Shown here piece by piece: positions 9,864-20,216 of a DNA stretch of 64,000 nt; position 1 is the first letter of the stretch; each line of letters begins with the position of its first letter. The translations under genes were made by a program, and so were the position numbers. Origin of the DNA: Candidatus Hydrothermales bacterium (lineage in GTDB: Bacteria; Hydrothermota; Hydrothermia; Hydrothermales; JAJRUZ01); the NCBI GenBank assembly GCA_039630575.1, contig JBCNUW010000005.1, positions 23,949-87,948 of the forward strand. The letters are read 5' to 3'. The notes beneath the pieces are model-generated. The model did not search any database, was not told the origin of the DNA, and saw only the letters and a list, made by a program, of their open reading frames with translations.

Positions 9864-11668
9864 GGGTAGTCCTCAAAAATTCTTTCTTCTAATATTTCAA
9901 TATCAAAGGTTATTTTTTTGCTTTCTTCTAAGGATGTATAATCTAAGCTTATAAGCTCTTTCCCGCTATCTGTTAGAAATTCTGTAGAAGATTCAATTGT
10001 TTTAACTTTTTCAATTTCTTTAAAAAACTCATCTAAGTATTCTTCAAATTCTTTTAAGTCAAAAAAATCTCTGTTTATTATTTCTTTTTTTAAGTTTTCA
10101 TCAATTTCTATATTTTTACTTTTTAGTTTTTGGTTTAGGATTTCAAGAAAAATTTTATTATCTGGTTTTTCAATAAATGTAACTTTTGATATGTTAAACA
10201 AGTTTTTAAATTCTGGTGGAAGATAAATTTCTTTCATTTCCTTTTTAATTCCTATGAGGAATTTTTTTCCTTTAATTTTTTCTTTAATTATTAATGGTAT
10301 TAATTTGTCTCTAAGATCTTCTACATCGAAAAAGATCTCAGCGTCATCTATGATTATAAAGTTAAAATCCTCAAACACTGTATTCAGTTTGCTTTCATTT
10401 TCAAAAAAAAGATCAGCTAGATCTCCAGAGTTAAAAAATCTTTTCTTAGGTTCAGGGTTAATTTCATAGGCATATAAAAGATGTGTTGAAAGTCCTCTGT
10501 GACCAGGTGAGAAGACAAATATTAGCGGAGGATCTCCTTGAGTTACCTGTTTTCTTATATTTTCAAGAACCTCTCTGTTGTAATCTGACTCTATTATTTT
10601 ATATTCTGTTTCCCTTAATTTTTTAGGTATTTCTTTAGTTTTTAGATACGCTCTTTTTTCCTCAATAAATTTTTCAACTTCTTCGATTCTTTCTGGATCA
10701 AAAAGAGCCCTTTCAATTTCTAAATCTTGTTCACCTATTTCACCGTATATTTTTTGAAATTCAATCAATTTTGTAATGTCACTTATAAATTTTTTATATT
10801 CTTTTTTTATGATCTCAATGTCTTTTATGTCTATAAGTTTTTTAAGTCTATCTGTTTTGTAACCTTTCATTTCCCATATATAAATTTTTTCCTTTAATGC
10901 TGTTTTTATAGCTTCTTCCTCTCTTGCAATTATTTCAAGCTTTTCAAGACTTTTTTCTATATCTGGTATTATGTCTGAGAAAAAAAGAACTGATAGAGAT
11001 ATTCCGGTTATCTCTTCAATGTCCTCTTCTTCAATTTTTTCTTTCGAAATAAATCTTAAAAAAAGTTTATTTATGTCTCCTTCAATTTCTCTTATATTTT
11101 TATAACCTTTTTTTGAGATAAGATTTATGAATCTTTCTTCTATCAAAGCACCTCTTTTTGAGAGTTTTTCTTTAACTAAAAGTTTAATATCTTCCTCATC
11201 GGGAGGTAAAATTTCAATTACAAGCCCACCTTTTATTCTTGATATTAACTCTTCTTTCAATCCTTTTATTTCATCAAACATTAGGGAGGATGAGAGAATT
11301 ATTTGGATTTCATTAGCAAGAATTATATCAATATTTTTAGAGAAGTCTTCGATTATTTCATTTTTTATTTTATGGAAAGTTTCAAAATTATCAATAATAA
11401 GGAATCCCTTTTTAAATTCGTATATTTTTTCATAATCCTTTTCAAATTCTCTTGGTGTTAAAAAGAGTTCTTTTATGTTTTTTTCTCTTAATTTATGAGC
11501 AAGAGCTGTTACAAGATGAGTTTTTCCCATTCCTGGTTCTGAGTAAATAAAAATTGGGTTAAAAAGGAGTGGTTCTTCAACTATTGTTTCAAGTGCTCTT
11601 TTTGCCATCTTGTTTCCTTTGTATTCAATAAAATTTTTGAAGGTAAATCTCGGATTAAGAAGGCTCAT
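9860..11668 (-). CDS. DnaA/Hda-family protein with two AAA+ modules and no DNA-binding domain IV
   Basis: LNPRFTFKNFI..GNKMA, FNPIFIYSEPGMGKTHL, RIKGGL, NIREIEG; second degenerate module SPGHRGLSTHL / FIIIDDAE. Confidence 0.8.
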   Translation of the reverse strand: MSLLNPRFTFKNFIEYKGNKMAKRALETIVEEPLLFNPIFIYSEPGMGKTHLVTALAHKLREKNIKELFLTPREFEKDYEKIYEFKKGFLIIDNFETFHKIKNEIIEDFSKNIDIILANEIQIILSSSLMFDEIKGLKEELISRIKGGLVIEILPPDEEDIKLLVKEKLSKRGALIEERFINLISKKGYKNIREIEGDINKLFLRFISKEKIEEEDIEEITGISLSVLFFSDIIPDIEKSLEKLEIIAREEEAIKTALKEKIYIWEMKGYKTDRLKKLIDIKDIEIIKKEYKKFISDITKLIEFQKIYGEIGEQDLEIERALFDPERIEEVEKFIEEKRAYLKTKEIPKKLRETEYKIIESDYNREVLENIRKQVTQGDPPLIFVFSPGHRGLSTHLLYAYEINPEPKKRFFNSGDLADLFFENESKLNTVFEDFNFIIIDDAEIFFDVEDLRDKLIPLIIKEKIKGKKFLIGIKKEMKEIYLPPEFKNLFNISKVTFIEKPDNKIFLEILNQKLKSKNIEIDENLKKEIINRDFFDLKEFEEYLDEFFKEIEKVKTIESSTEFLTDSGKELISLDYTSLEESKKITFDIEILEERIFEDYP

Positions 11669-12063
11669 CTTTTTAGAAGATCAATTATCTTTTTACTAAG
11701 TTTTTTTGCTTGCACCTCAACTATTCCAAGTATTGTTCTATCGTCGAAAAAAGTGGTGAGTAAAAAATCTTCTCCTACAAGTGTATAATATATATTCCAA
11801 CTGTTTCCCTCTTGAAAAAAGGTAAGAAAATTTTTTTCTCCTATCAATCTTGCAAGTTCTCTTGTACTTTGAAAGACTCCAGCTAAAAGTGCGGAAATTG
11901 CAAGGAGGTTGAATGGTGTTTTAAAACCAGAGGAAACAAGTAATTGCCCGGAAAGGGTAGAAAGCATTGAGGAGTGTGTATTTGCTCTGTAAGTGAAATC
12001 ATCAAGTAATTTTTGAAGAGTTACAAACTCCTCAACACCTAAAATTAAGGTGTCTTTATTCAC
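11665..12063 (-). CDS. mglB: roadblock/LC7 domain protein, MglB-like
   Basis: GQLL..G, AISALLAGVFQSTRELARLIGEKNFLTFFQEG and FDDRTILGIV closely follow the MglB pattern. Confidence 0.8.
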   Translation of the reverse strand: MNKDTLILGVEEFVTLQKLLDDFTYRANTHSSMLSTLSGQLLVSSGFKTPFNLLAISALLAGVFQSTRELARLIGEKNFLTFFQEGNSWNIYYTLVGEDFLLTTFFDDRTILGIVEVQAKKLSKKIIDLLKR

Positions 12064-12091
12064 TATATATATTTTAAATTACTAACCTTTC

Positions 12092-12271
12092 TTATTTCCC
12101 CTTTTCAAAAATTAAATGAAAGGCAATAGAAAAGAAAAGTAATGTCCATGTGCCCTTAATATAAGTATAGGGTTTAAAAAGATGGGGAAACTCAGCACCT
12201 GTTAATTTTAAGATCATAGCAATTATAAATGTTATTACAGCTAGAAAAAATAAAACTTTTGAAACTTTCAT
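12092..12271 (-). CDS. small two-TM membrane protein
   Basis: 59 aa from ATG 12271 (MKVSKVLFFLAV...), two hydrophobic helices, preceded by the leader motif. Confidence 0.65.
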   Translation of the reverse strand: MKVSKVLFFLAVITFIIAMILKLTGAEFPHLFKPYTYIKGTWTLLFFSIAFHLIFEKGK

Positions 12272-12292
12272 CTTTGTATCTTGTTTTTTATA

Positions 12293-12303
12293 GGAATTGA
12301 ACC
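12293..12303 (-). promoter_or_regulatory. T-loop-like leader motif GGTTCAATTCC, 21 nt before ATG 12271
   Basis: AGG-TTCAATT-CCT immediately after a TATAAT -10 box; no SD. Confidence 0.65.
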
Positions 12304-12437
12304 TTATAATTATATAAAATATTTTAAAGTATTTGATTTTATTTGTAAAGTATATATATAATAAAAATAACAATTAATAAAAGGGAGGTGGGTTAAATTC
12401 CCATAAATTATCTTAAAACAATAGGGAGGGTTAAAAA

Positions 12438-13691
12438 ATGGAAAAGAAAAATCCATTTGAAGTTGCCCAGGAGCAGCTTGATAAGGCTGCAAGTGTATTA
12501 AAACTTGAACCACATATACATGAGATGCTGAGATGGCCTATGCGTGAAGTTCATGTAACAATTCCTGTAAGAATGGATGATGGAACAGTTAAAATTTTTA
12601 AAGGCTATAGAGTTCAATACAATGATGCCCTCGGTCCAACAAAAGGTGGTATAAGATTTCACCCAGAGGAAACTATTGATACTGTTAGAGCACTTGCTGC
12701 TTGGATGACTTGGAAAACAGCTCTCATGGACTTACCCTATGGTGGAGGAAAAGGTGGTGTTGTCTGTAATCCTAAAGAGATGTCAGAAAGAGAACTGGAA
12801 GATCTTTCAAGAGGCTATATAAGAGCAATTGCTCAGGTTATAGGTCCTGAAAAGGATATTCCTGCTCCTGATGTTTATACAAATCCCCAGATAATGGCTT
12901 GGATGATGGATGAATTTAGCAAAATAAGACAGTACAATTCACCAGGTGTCATAACTGGAAAACCATTAAGGATTGGTGGTTCTGTTGGAAGAATAGATGC
13001 TACTGCAAGAGGTGGAATGTATGTTTTAAGAGAAGCTGCTAAAAAACTCGGAATAGATCTTAAAAATGCTACCTGTGCAATTCAGGGCTACGGAAATGCA
13101 GGTTATTTTGCCCATAAATTGATAACAGAAATGTTTGGAACAAAAGTAATCGCTGTAAGTGATTCAAAGGGAGGAATTTTATCAAAAGATAAAAAACCCC
13201 TTGTTTTTGAAGAGGTTTTTGAACATAAAAATAAAACAGGATCAGTAGTTGGATTTAAGAATACAACTAAGATTACAAATGAGGAACTCCTTGAACTTGA
13301 TGTTGATATTCTTGTACCTGCTGCACTTGAGGAAGTTATTACAGGTGAGAATGCAAACAGAATTAAAGCGAAGATAATTGTTGAGCTTGCTAACGGTCCA
13401 GTTACACCTGAAGCTGATGATATACTCCATAAGAAAAATATTTTATTTTTGCCTGATTTTCTTGCAAACGCTGGTGGTGTAACTGTTTCATACTTTGAAT
13501 GGGTTCAAAACATAACTGGACTTTATTGGGATGAAGAAGAAGTTTATTCTAAGCTGGATAATAAAATGACAAAATCCTTTAATGCTGTTTGGGATGCTAT
13601 GCAAGAATATAAAGTTGATCCAAGAGTTGCAGCTTACGTTGTTGCTGTAAAGAGGGTTGTTGAAGCAATGTCTTTGAGGGGTTGGGTATAA
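12438..13691 (+). CDS. gdhA: Glu/Leu/Phe/Val dehydrogenase (glutamate dehydrogenase)
   Basis: [52 protein letters not shown]. Confidence 0.95.
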   Translation: MEKKNPFEVAQEQLDKAASVLKLEPHIHEMLRWPMREVHVTIPVRMDDGTVKIFKGYRVQYNDALGPTKGGIRFHPEETIDTVRALAAWMTWKTALMDLPYGGGKGGVVCNPKEMSERELEDLSRGYIRAIAQVIGPEKDIPAPDVYTNPQIMAWMMDEFSKIRQYNSPGVITGKPLRIGGSVGRIDATARGGMYVLREAAKKLGIDLKNATCAIQGYGNAGYFAHKLITEMFGTKVIAVSDSKGGILSKDKKPLVFEEVFEHKNKTGSVVGFKNTTKITNEELLELDVDILVPAALEEVITGENANRIKAKIIVELANGPVTPEADDILHKKNILFLPDFLANAGGVTVSYFEWVQNITGLYWDEEEVYSKLDNKMTKSFNAVWDAMQEYKVDPRVAAYVVAVKRVVEAMSLRGWV

Positions 13692-13717
13692 AAATCTTTT
13701 ATAATTTTCCTTTCATG

Positions 13718-13742
13718 GGGGGGCAAAAGCCCCCCTTTTTTT
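13718..13742 (+). terminator. intrinsic terminator after gdhA
   Basis: GGGGGGC-AAAA-GCCCCCC followed by T7, between convergent genes. Confidence 0.9.
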
Positions 13743-13744
13743 AT

Positions 13745-15088
13745 TTAAAAAATCTTCCCTGGGTTCAAAATACCTTTTGGATCAAAAATTCTTTTAATAT
13801 CCCTTTGTATCTTATATAAAAAAGGGTTTGTTTCCTTTTTGAATCCCCTTTTTTTCAAATATCCTACTCCATGTTCAGCTGTAATTGTACCCCCCCTTTT
13901 TATCACAAGTTCCCAAATTTTTTCTGAAATTTCCCTTACCGATTTCTTTTCTTCTTCTTTATAAGTTAAATTTATATGAATATTTCCATCTCCAAGATGT
14001 CCAAATATGTAAGGCTCTTTTTTGTAAATTTGAAATAAATTTTTAACATCCTCTATAAAGTTTTGAGCCGTTGTAATTGTTAAGCATATATCTTCTGAGT
14101 GAACTTTAAATCCTTTCTTTTCTGTTTCATAAAACATTTTTTTTCTTATATCCCAAATTCTCTCAACTGAGCTTTTATCATCTCCTATGAAGATTTTTTC
14201 TATTTTTTCTTTTTCTACAAGATGGTAAAATTTTTCTAAAAGGCTTTCAATTTCTTTTTCACTACCATCAAATCCTATAAAAAGTAGGGAACTTTCTTCA
14301 GGAAAGTATTCTTTAATTTTTTCTTTAACAAGACCTACACATCCCTTATCCATAAACTCTATTATGGAAGGGAAAAATTTGTTTTTGATAAGGTTTATTA
14401 CAAAATTAAAAAGATTTTCGTTTCTCCCGAAACTCATTACCATAAGCACTTCTTTTTCTGGTCTTGGAATGAGCTTTAATTTTATTTTTGTAAATAGAGC
14501 AAGAGTTCCCTCAGAGGAGCAAAGTAAATTTAAAAGGTTATAACCTGTTTTCCATTTTCTTGTTCCCCTTCCAATGTTTACAATACTTCCGTTAGGTAGT
14601 ACACATTCAAGCTCAATTAAATAGTTTGATGTTACACCATATTTATAAGCTCTTGGTCCACCAGCATTTGTTGCTATGTTTCCCCCTATTGTGCAGGAAT
14701 CAAGACTTAAAGGATCAGGTGGATAAAAGAGATTTTCCCTTAAAAGAACTTTATTTATATCACCTGTAATTACTCCAGGCTCTAGAGTTATAGTTTGATT
14801 AACAAAATCGACATCTATAATTTTATTCATTCTCTCAAAAGAAATTACACCACCCTTTAATGGTACGGAGCCTCCCGAAAGACCTGTTCCACCTCCTCTT
14901 GGTGTTATGTATATGTTCTTTTTAAAACAAAACTTAACAAACTCTGAAAGGTCTTCATTTTTTTCTGGAAGAAAAACAAATTCAGGTATTTTCCCCTTTA
15001 TAGGTGATTCATCGTACGAATACTTTATTAGTAGATATTCTTCTTTTAGTAATTTATCATCAAATTTTGATGGGAAAAAATTTTTTAT
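13745..15088 (-). CDS. FAD-linked oxidoreductase (GlcD / D-lactate dehydrogenase family), non-canonical start
   Basis: PPDPLS..CTIGGNIATNAGG, SSEGTL, GHLGDGNIH, TAEHGVG, FDPKGILNPGK. The frame extends upstream of 14830 through PRGGGTGLSGGSVP with no ATG/GTG/TTG; ATA at 15088 is a candidate start. Confidence 0.85.
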   Translation of the reverse strand: MKNFFPSKFDDKLLKEEYLLIKYSYDESPIKGKIPEFVFLPEKNEDLSEFVKFCFKKNIYITPRGGGTGLSGGSVPLKGGVISFERMNKIIDVDFVNQTITLEPGVITGDINKVLLRENLFYPPDPLSLDSCTIGGNIATNAGGPRAYKYGVTSNYLIELECVLPNGSIVNIGRGTRKWKTGYNLLNLLCSSEGTLALFTKIKLKLIPRPEKEVLMVMSFGRNENLFNFVINLIKNKFFPSIIEFMDKGCVGLVKEKIKEYFPEESSLLFIGFDGSEKEIESLLEKFYHLVEKEKIEKIFIGDDKSSVERIWDIRKKMFYETEKKGFKVHSEDICLTITTAQNFIEDVKNLFQIYKKEPYIFGHLGDGNIHINLTYKEEEKKSVREISEKIWELVIKRGGTITAEHGVGYLKKRGFKKETNPFLYKIQRDIKRIFDPKGILNPGKIF

Positions 15089-15095
15089 TTTTTCT

Positions 15096-15617
15096 TTAAA
15101 ATCCTAAACCTTTTAATCCGATAATTGTTAATGCTGCTGCACCTAAGAGTATAAAGAGGAAAAAAGCTACTACAACTGGAATAAGAACTACTACTATTGC
15201 CTTAGCAAGATCAAGTTGATGAACAATCTGAGTTATTTTTACTGTAACAACTATTATCCAGATTCCTGCAAGAGTAGAAAGAAAAGCACCAATAAAGGGT
15301 ACGACCGATACCCATTGTAAGATATAGGTCATCGCTATTGGTATATAGTAGGAAATATACTCTCCCTTTCCACCTAAAATTCTTGCAATTATCCACAATA
15401 TCCCGATACCTATAAAGGATAAAATAACTGCAAGTATTGGAAGTGTTATTATGCCAGGGATAATTTTAAGTGAACCTATTGCGCCAGCAATTCCTGCAAT
15501 TGCCACAATTAAAATTGACCAGAGGAAATTTTCCCTTTTTTCAGAAGCTTCTTTTATTGCTTCTTCCTTAAGTTGAATAATATTGAGAGCCCTTTCGATT
15601 ATTTTTCCAAAGTCCAT
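15096..15617 (-). CDS. YIP1-family membrane protein
   Basis: Multiple TM helices, ARILGGKG.Y motif. Confidence 0.75.
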   Translation of the reverse strand: MDFGKIIERALNIIQLKEEAIKEASEKRENFLWSILIVAIAGIAGAIGSLKIIPGIITLPILAVILSFIGIGILWIIARILGGKGEYISYYIPIAMTYILQWVSVVPFIGAFLSTLAGIWIIVVTVKITQIVHQLDLAKAIVVVLIPVVVAFFLFILLGAAALTIIGLKGLGF

Positions 15618-15637
15618 TTTTAAAAAATTTATAAGAG

Positions 15638-15648
15638 GGAATAGAACC
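15638..15648 (-). promoter_or_regulatory. T-loop-like leader motif GGTTCTATTCC, 20 nt before ATG 15617
   Basis: Lies in a 32-nt intergenic spacer; no SD. Confidence 0.65.
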
Positions 15649-15649
15649 T

Positions 15650-18307
15650 TTAGTTTAAAAATTTTATATTAACTTTTATTCTAAAGTCAAAATTTCTTCT
15701 TTCACCGTTATACTTTGGGTTATTGATATAAAAGGGAAGATATACGTTTATTGATACTTTGTCTTTATGAAAATTTTTTTTAAAAAATAAACCTAAGTTC
15801 CAAAAGTTATCTTCACCCCATAAAGTTTTCTCATAGAATAATCCTATATTTTTAAAACTTTTTTCAAGTAAAAATAAAAATAATTTTTTAAACTTCAAAA
15901 GCCTATATCCTTTTAAATATCCGTTTTCTGGTATAAAGGTGTAATTGCCCGAAAAAATGAAGTTTCTTTCAATTTTAAAGTTTAGAATATCATAGAAGGA
16001 GTTAGAAAAGTTAGAGAAATATTCTTGTTTAGGAAAATTTCCTTCAATTTTTCCATAATAAAATTTAAGTTTGAATTTAAAAGGAAAAAACTCGTTTACT
16101 TCATCAAAAAAAGGAGACAAAAAAGTTTCATAAACGAAGGAAATTTTTTTAAAACTTAAGTCACCGGAGATTTTCTGTGGATAAATTTCTATAAACGCGT
16201 CAAGTTTACTATAAAATAAATCAGTTCTTGGAAATAAAGTAAACCCAAATCTGAATCCACCGTAATTTACACTATCAAAAAAGCTACTTCCTTTTTTTGA
16301 ATCTTTATAAATGAATTCTATGTTAATGTGAGCACTTTTTGGATCTTTTAAATATTTTTTAAATCTCTTCTGATATCCTGCCATAATATAGTAATTTTTT
16401 TCAAAGCTTAAAGAGTTTAAGTATATAACATTTTCATGCTTAACATAAGGGAAAAAGAAAGCGTATTTAAGATTATGGTAAAGTTTTTTTTCTTTAAAAG
16501 AATAATATACTTCACCTTCAAAATAAGGAAATCTTTTGATATAGGAGAAAATATAGTTAATCCCAGGAGAAAGTCCTGATTTTGGAGAATAAAATACAAA
16601 GGGATAGTAATTTAGATATAAATTTTCATCCTTTGAGTTATGTATTAGGGAGAGTTTTTTTTCAAAATTTACAGGATAAAAGTTATTTAGTCTTTTTATA
16701 TCAAGAGAAAAATTATAAGGGTCAAGAGCATATTTTTGGGGTTCAAAATCTGTGTAAACTATAATTGATGTGTCTTTTTTAAAGGGTTTTAATTTGAATT
16801 TTGCTGTATCTTTTTTGTTTATGATGTAAACAAAAAGAGGATAAATAGTATTTCCATAATTTTTAATTTTTATTTTACTTATCCATTTGTTTTGAGCTTT
16901 AGTCTTTTTAACCTCTTTTATCCCGAAATCTGGAACAGGTAAATTTTTGACATAACTATTTTTAATGTAGTCCAAGGGCTCTCCATAAATTTTTTCAGCT
17001 TCTTTGAAAAAACTGTCGGTATCAGGATGTTTGAATTTAAAACTTCTATAATACTCTTTTAAAAATTCTTTGAATTTTTCTTCTCCCATTATGTCAAAAA
17101 GCATTGCGTATATGTGTGATCCTTTTGAATAAACGGTAAAGTAGTTATTCTTAAAAGCATGGGAAGGAAGTAAAAGAGTATCGTCAAATCCTTCTCTTAT
17201 AGTTTCAGTTATTTCTTTTGTATTTAAATAAAAGACTTTTAGATCTTTTTCTTTTTTAAATTTGTAAAAATCTGTAATAAAGGTAGCACCACCTTCATCG
17301 AGCCAAGCCTCATCTGCTTGGTTGGTTGCTAAAACTCCCATAAAATATGTATGGGCTACCTCATGAAGTATCAGAGAAAAATCATCATTACCACATAGAA
17401 TAACTCCAGGATATTCCATACCACCATCTATTATACCATCAACCGCTTTTAACCATTTGTATGGATACTCACCAAATAATTCTTTTAGAAAGTTATAGGC
17501 TCTAACTGTTCTTATTAAAAAAGAATCTTTGTAAGATTTATTTTCTTTTCTATAGAAACTTAATATATAAGTACTATCTATTAGAGTATCTTGAAACAAA
17601 AATAGAGGGCTGCAGGAAAAAAAGAAGTCAACTACATTATTAGCTTTGAAAATTACTTCTTTTTCATTTTCAGTTACTGAGGTGTCATTTTTTGAAAGAC
17701 ATTCTCCTACTCCTGCGATTATATAATTACCAGGAAGTTTAATTTTTACAAGAAAGTTTGAAAAGTTGTGATAAAATTCAGAAAAGAAACTCCATTTTCT
17801 TTTATGCCATCCCTTTTTGTCATATACACACATAATGGGGAAAAATTGTCCAAAATCATAGTGTTTAAAATTTCTTCCAGCTCTATATCTTAATATCTTA
17901 GGGATTTTTGTTCTGAAGAATATAGAAAAATTTATTGAGTCTTTGGGTTTTAATTTTTCACTGAGAAATATTTGTAAAATTGTTTCATCTAATTTAAATT
18001 TAATTTTTTTGTTTTTTATTTTTATGGAGTCAATTTCTGTAAAGGCGTCTTTCAAAAATTTTCCGGTTATGCTTAAAAAAGAAACAACATAATCTTTAAA
18101 GAGAACTTTAGTAGCTTCTGTGTTGAAATTTTTTAGACCGTTTGTGTAGAGGTAAAGATAAAGTTCACTTAGAGTATCAGGAGAAAAATTTTTATATGTA
18201 ATTTCTTCACAGCCTTTAAGTATTTGGGTAAAGGTGTCAAGTTCTAAGTTTATCTTATAGTTAACTTTTTGTTCCCAAAATATTATGAAAAATAAAATTA
18301 TTTTCAT
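15650..18307 (-). CDS. M1 family metallopeptidase with C-terminal extension
   Basis: GGMEYP, HEVAHTYF, WLDEG, VYSKG. Confidence 0.88.
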   Translation of the reverse strand: MKIILFFIIFWEQKVNYKINLELDTFTQILKGCEEITYKNFSPDTLSELYLYLYTNGLKNFNTEATKVLFKDYVVSFLSITGKFLKDAFTEIDSIKIKNKKIKFKLDETILQIFLSEKLKPKDSINFSIFFRTKIPKILRYRAGRNFKHYDFGQFFPIMCVYDKKGWHKRKWSFFSEFYHNFSNFLVKIKLPGNYIIAGVGECLSKNDTSVTENEKEVIFKANNVVDFFFSCSPLFLFQDTLIDSTYILSFYRKENKSYKDSFLIRTVRAYNFLKELFGEYPYKWLKAVDGIIDGGMEYPGVILCGNDDFSLILHEVAHTYFMGVLATNQADEAWLDEGGATFITDFYKFKKEKDLKVFYLNTKEITETIREGFDDTLLLPSHAFKNNYFTVYSKGSHIYAMLFDIMGEEKFKEFLKEYYRSFKFKHPDTDSFFKEAEKIYGEPLDYIKNSYVKNLPVPDFGIKEVKKTKAQNKWISKIKIKNYGNTIYPLFVYIINKKDTAKFKLKPFKKDTSIIVYTDFEPQKYALDPYNFSLDIKRLNNFYPVNFEKKLSLIHNSKDENLYLNYYPFVFYSPKSGLSPGINYIFSYIKRFPYFEGEVYYSFKEKKLYHNLKYAFFFPYVKHENVIYLNSLSFEKNYYIMAGYQKRFKKYLKDPKSAHINIEFIYKDSKKGSSFFDSVNYGGFRFGFTLFPRTDLFYSKLDAFIEIYPQKISGDLSFKKISFVYETFLSPFFDEVNEFFPFKFKLKFYYGKIEGNFPKQEYFSNFSNSFYDILNFKIERNFIFSGNYTFIPENGYLKGYRLLKFKKLFLFLLEKSFKNIGLFYEKTLWGEDNFWNLGLFFKKNFHKDKVSINVYLPFYINNPKYNGERRNFDFRIKVNIKFLN

Positions 18308-18648
18308 TTTCTATAGATTACACAAAAATTTTCATCTTGCCAAAGTTCAACTTCTTTAATAGAAAAAATTTTTGCTATTTCTTTAAAGAAGTATTCTGCT
18401 AAATTTTCAGTAGATGTTAAAAAGGGATATTTCAAATTTAAATCTTCATTTTCATAGGGAACAAGTTCATCAATAAAGTTTTTTATTTCCATAAAATCGA
18501 TTGTATAGCCCTCTTTATTTTTTTTGTTTGTCTCAATTGATACAATAAGTGTGTAGTTGTGATAATGGGGCTCTTCAGGTGCTCCTTTATATGATAAAAG
18601 ATGGTGTCTTGCCCTAAAACTTTTTTTATATTTAAGTATGAAGGACAT
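18304..18648 (-). CDS. queD: 6-carboxytetrahydropterin synthase / PTPS family
   Basis: FRARHHL, HYHNY, IDFMEIK, STENLA, VELWQ. Confidence 0.75.
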   Translation of the reverse strand: MSFILKYKKSFRARHHLLSYKGAPEEPHYHNYTLIVSIETNKKNKEGYTIDFMEIKNFIDELVPYENEDLNLKYPFLTSTENLAEYFFKEIAKIFSIKEVELWQDENFCVIYRK

Positions 18649-20216
18649 TATAAAAGACCTCCTTTTTTTCTAAGATAAATTTCTAACGAATAAAGTATTA
18701 TAAACATAAAAAGAAAAAATGGACTTTCTAAAAAAAAGATTTCTCTTTTATTTATCTTTTCTGATTTTTTTATTTTTATCTTTTCATCTAAGTTTATTTT
18801 TTCTCCTCCTGTTATTTCTCTTGCAGTTTCAAGGAAGGAAATATCATAATACCTTTTTTTAATTCTTTCCTCTTTTATTATTAAGTTGAAATTTTTGTTA
18901 AAGATATTTACTTTATAGTTTCCCTTTATAAATTTTATTGAAGGAGACTCGTACAAATCGTCTGATAATTTTTTTAACAAAAAATTTTTTTCATTTAGTT
19001 TAAATTTAGCTGTTTCTTTCATTTCTCCAAACTTTTTTATTAAAAATGATAATTTAAATTCTCCTTCCTTTTCTACTTCTGAAAAAAGAGGAACAATTTT
19101 AGGTTTTAAATTTGGTAGAAAATTCTTCTTTATAACTTCAATTAACAGCTTTTCAAAATCTCCGTTTGTAGCAAGGTTTATTTTCCACAAGTCAGGAGAT
19201 GCAATTAAGAGTTTTTCTTTATCCCTTAAAATGAGGGCAAATTTTTTTTTGTTACAATAAAGGGGTAAAACTGTATCACCCTTTAAATTTCTCTTTATTT
19301 CTATTTTATCAACGTTTAATTCTTTATTAGTTTCGAACTCAAATTCACCTTCAAGGATTGTATCAGGTATAAATACTAAAATAGCTTTGGAGTCTTTATC
19401 AGATTCCTTGAATATATTTATGTAAAAATCATATTCTCCCTTTAATTCGTTATAGATTCTTCCGTTTATATCAATTTCGATATTGGCATTTAAGTAGTTT
19501 TTAAAAAATCTATTTAGAAATCCAACTATAGGGTGATAGTGTAGGGATGTAATTTTTATCTTTGTGTTTAAGTCAAGATCGGTTACATAGAGATTTTCTT
19601 CTGTGTTCAGAGCAGTAAAGGTTATTCTTCTTGTGGTGTTTGGTATAAATTCAGGAATGTAGTAGTAATTTTCAATAATTTTTATACTTTTCTTTTTAAC
19701 ATCATTTTCAAAAATTTCGAGTTCAATGTCTTTTCCCTCCACTAAAAATCCCTCTTTCTTTTCTTTTCTTACAAGGTAAAGTGGGTTTACTTTGAATTTT
19801 TTACTTTGGAATTTTTCTGAGTATAGGTAATTAAATTTTATATTATTTACAGATAACAGGTTTAAAATTTCTTTTTTTTGGTTATAGTGAAATTTTCCTA
19901 AGTAAAATATTTCTGAGTTTTTAATTTTTTTTATTGAGCTTAAAAAATCTTCTTCTTTATTAATTTTTATTATGTTAAAGTCTAAATTTTTTACCTTTTT
20001 TAAAAATTCTTCTTCTATATCACTTTCAAGTAATAGCAAAGGTTTAATTTTTGATTTTTCTTCTATTTTTATTGAAAAATTTTGTAGAAAAAGAAAAAGG
20101 AAAAAAAGGGAAAGGGTTCTTAAAAGAATTAATCTTTTTGCCTTTTTTTCTTTATAGTAAAGAAAAAGTGCTATAAGAAAACTTAAAAAGAGACTAAAAA
20201 CTAATTTGTAGATCAA
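18648..20216 (-). CDS. hypothetical membrane-anchored protein (N- and C-terminal TM)
   Basis: Likely TTG start at 20216 (MIYKLVFS...). LRTLSLFFL near the N-terminus and LEIYLRKKGGLL at the end, as in vWA/GATase-associated membrane proteins. Confidence 0.6.
   Translation of the reverse strand: MIYKLVFSLFLSFLIALFLYYKEKKAKRLILLRTLSLFFLFLFLQNFSIKIEEKSKIKPLLLLESDIEEEFLKKVKNLDFNIIKINKEEDFLSSIKKIKNSEIFYLGKFHYNQKKEILNLLSVNNIKFNYLYSEKFQSKKFKVNPLYLVRKEKKEGFLVEGKDIELEIFENDVKKKSIKIIENYYYIPEFIPNTTRRITFTALNTEENLYVTDLDLNTKIKITSLHYHPIVGFLNRFFKNYLNANIEIDINGRIYNELKGEYDFYINIFKESDKDSKAILVFIPDTILEGEFEFETNKELNVDKIEIKRNLKGDTVLPLYCNKKKFALILRDKEKLLIASPDLWKINLATNGDFEKLLIEVIKKNFLPNLKPKIVPLFSEVEKEGEFKLSFLIKKFGEMKETAKFKLNEKNFLLKKLSDDLYESPSIKFIKGNYKVNIFNKNFNLIIKEERIKKRYYDISFLETAREITGGEKINLDEKIKIKKSEKINKREIFFLESPFFLFMFIILYSLEIYLRKKGGLL

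Noticed and set aside
9860..12437. Replication origin near the DnaA-like gene
   Set aside because: No dnaN or gyrB context and no DnaA-box cluster; the one TTATCCACA I noticed (15389-15397) is inside a CDS.
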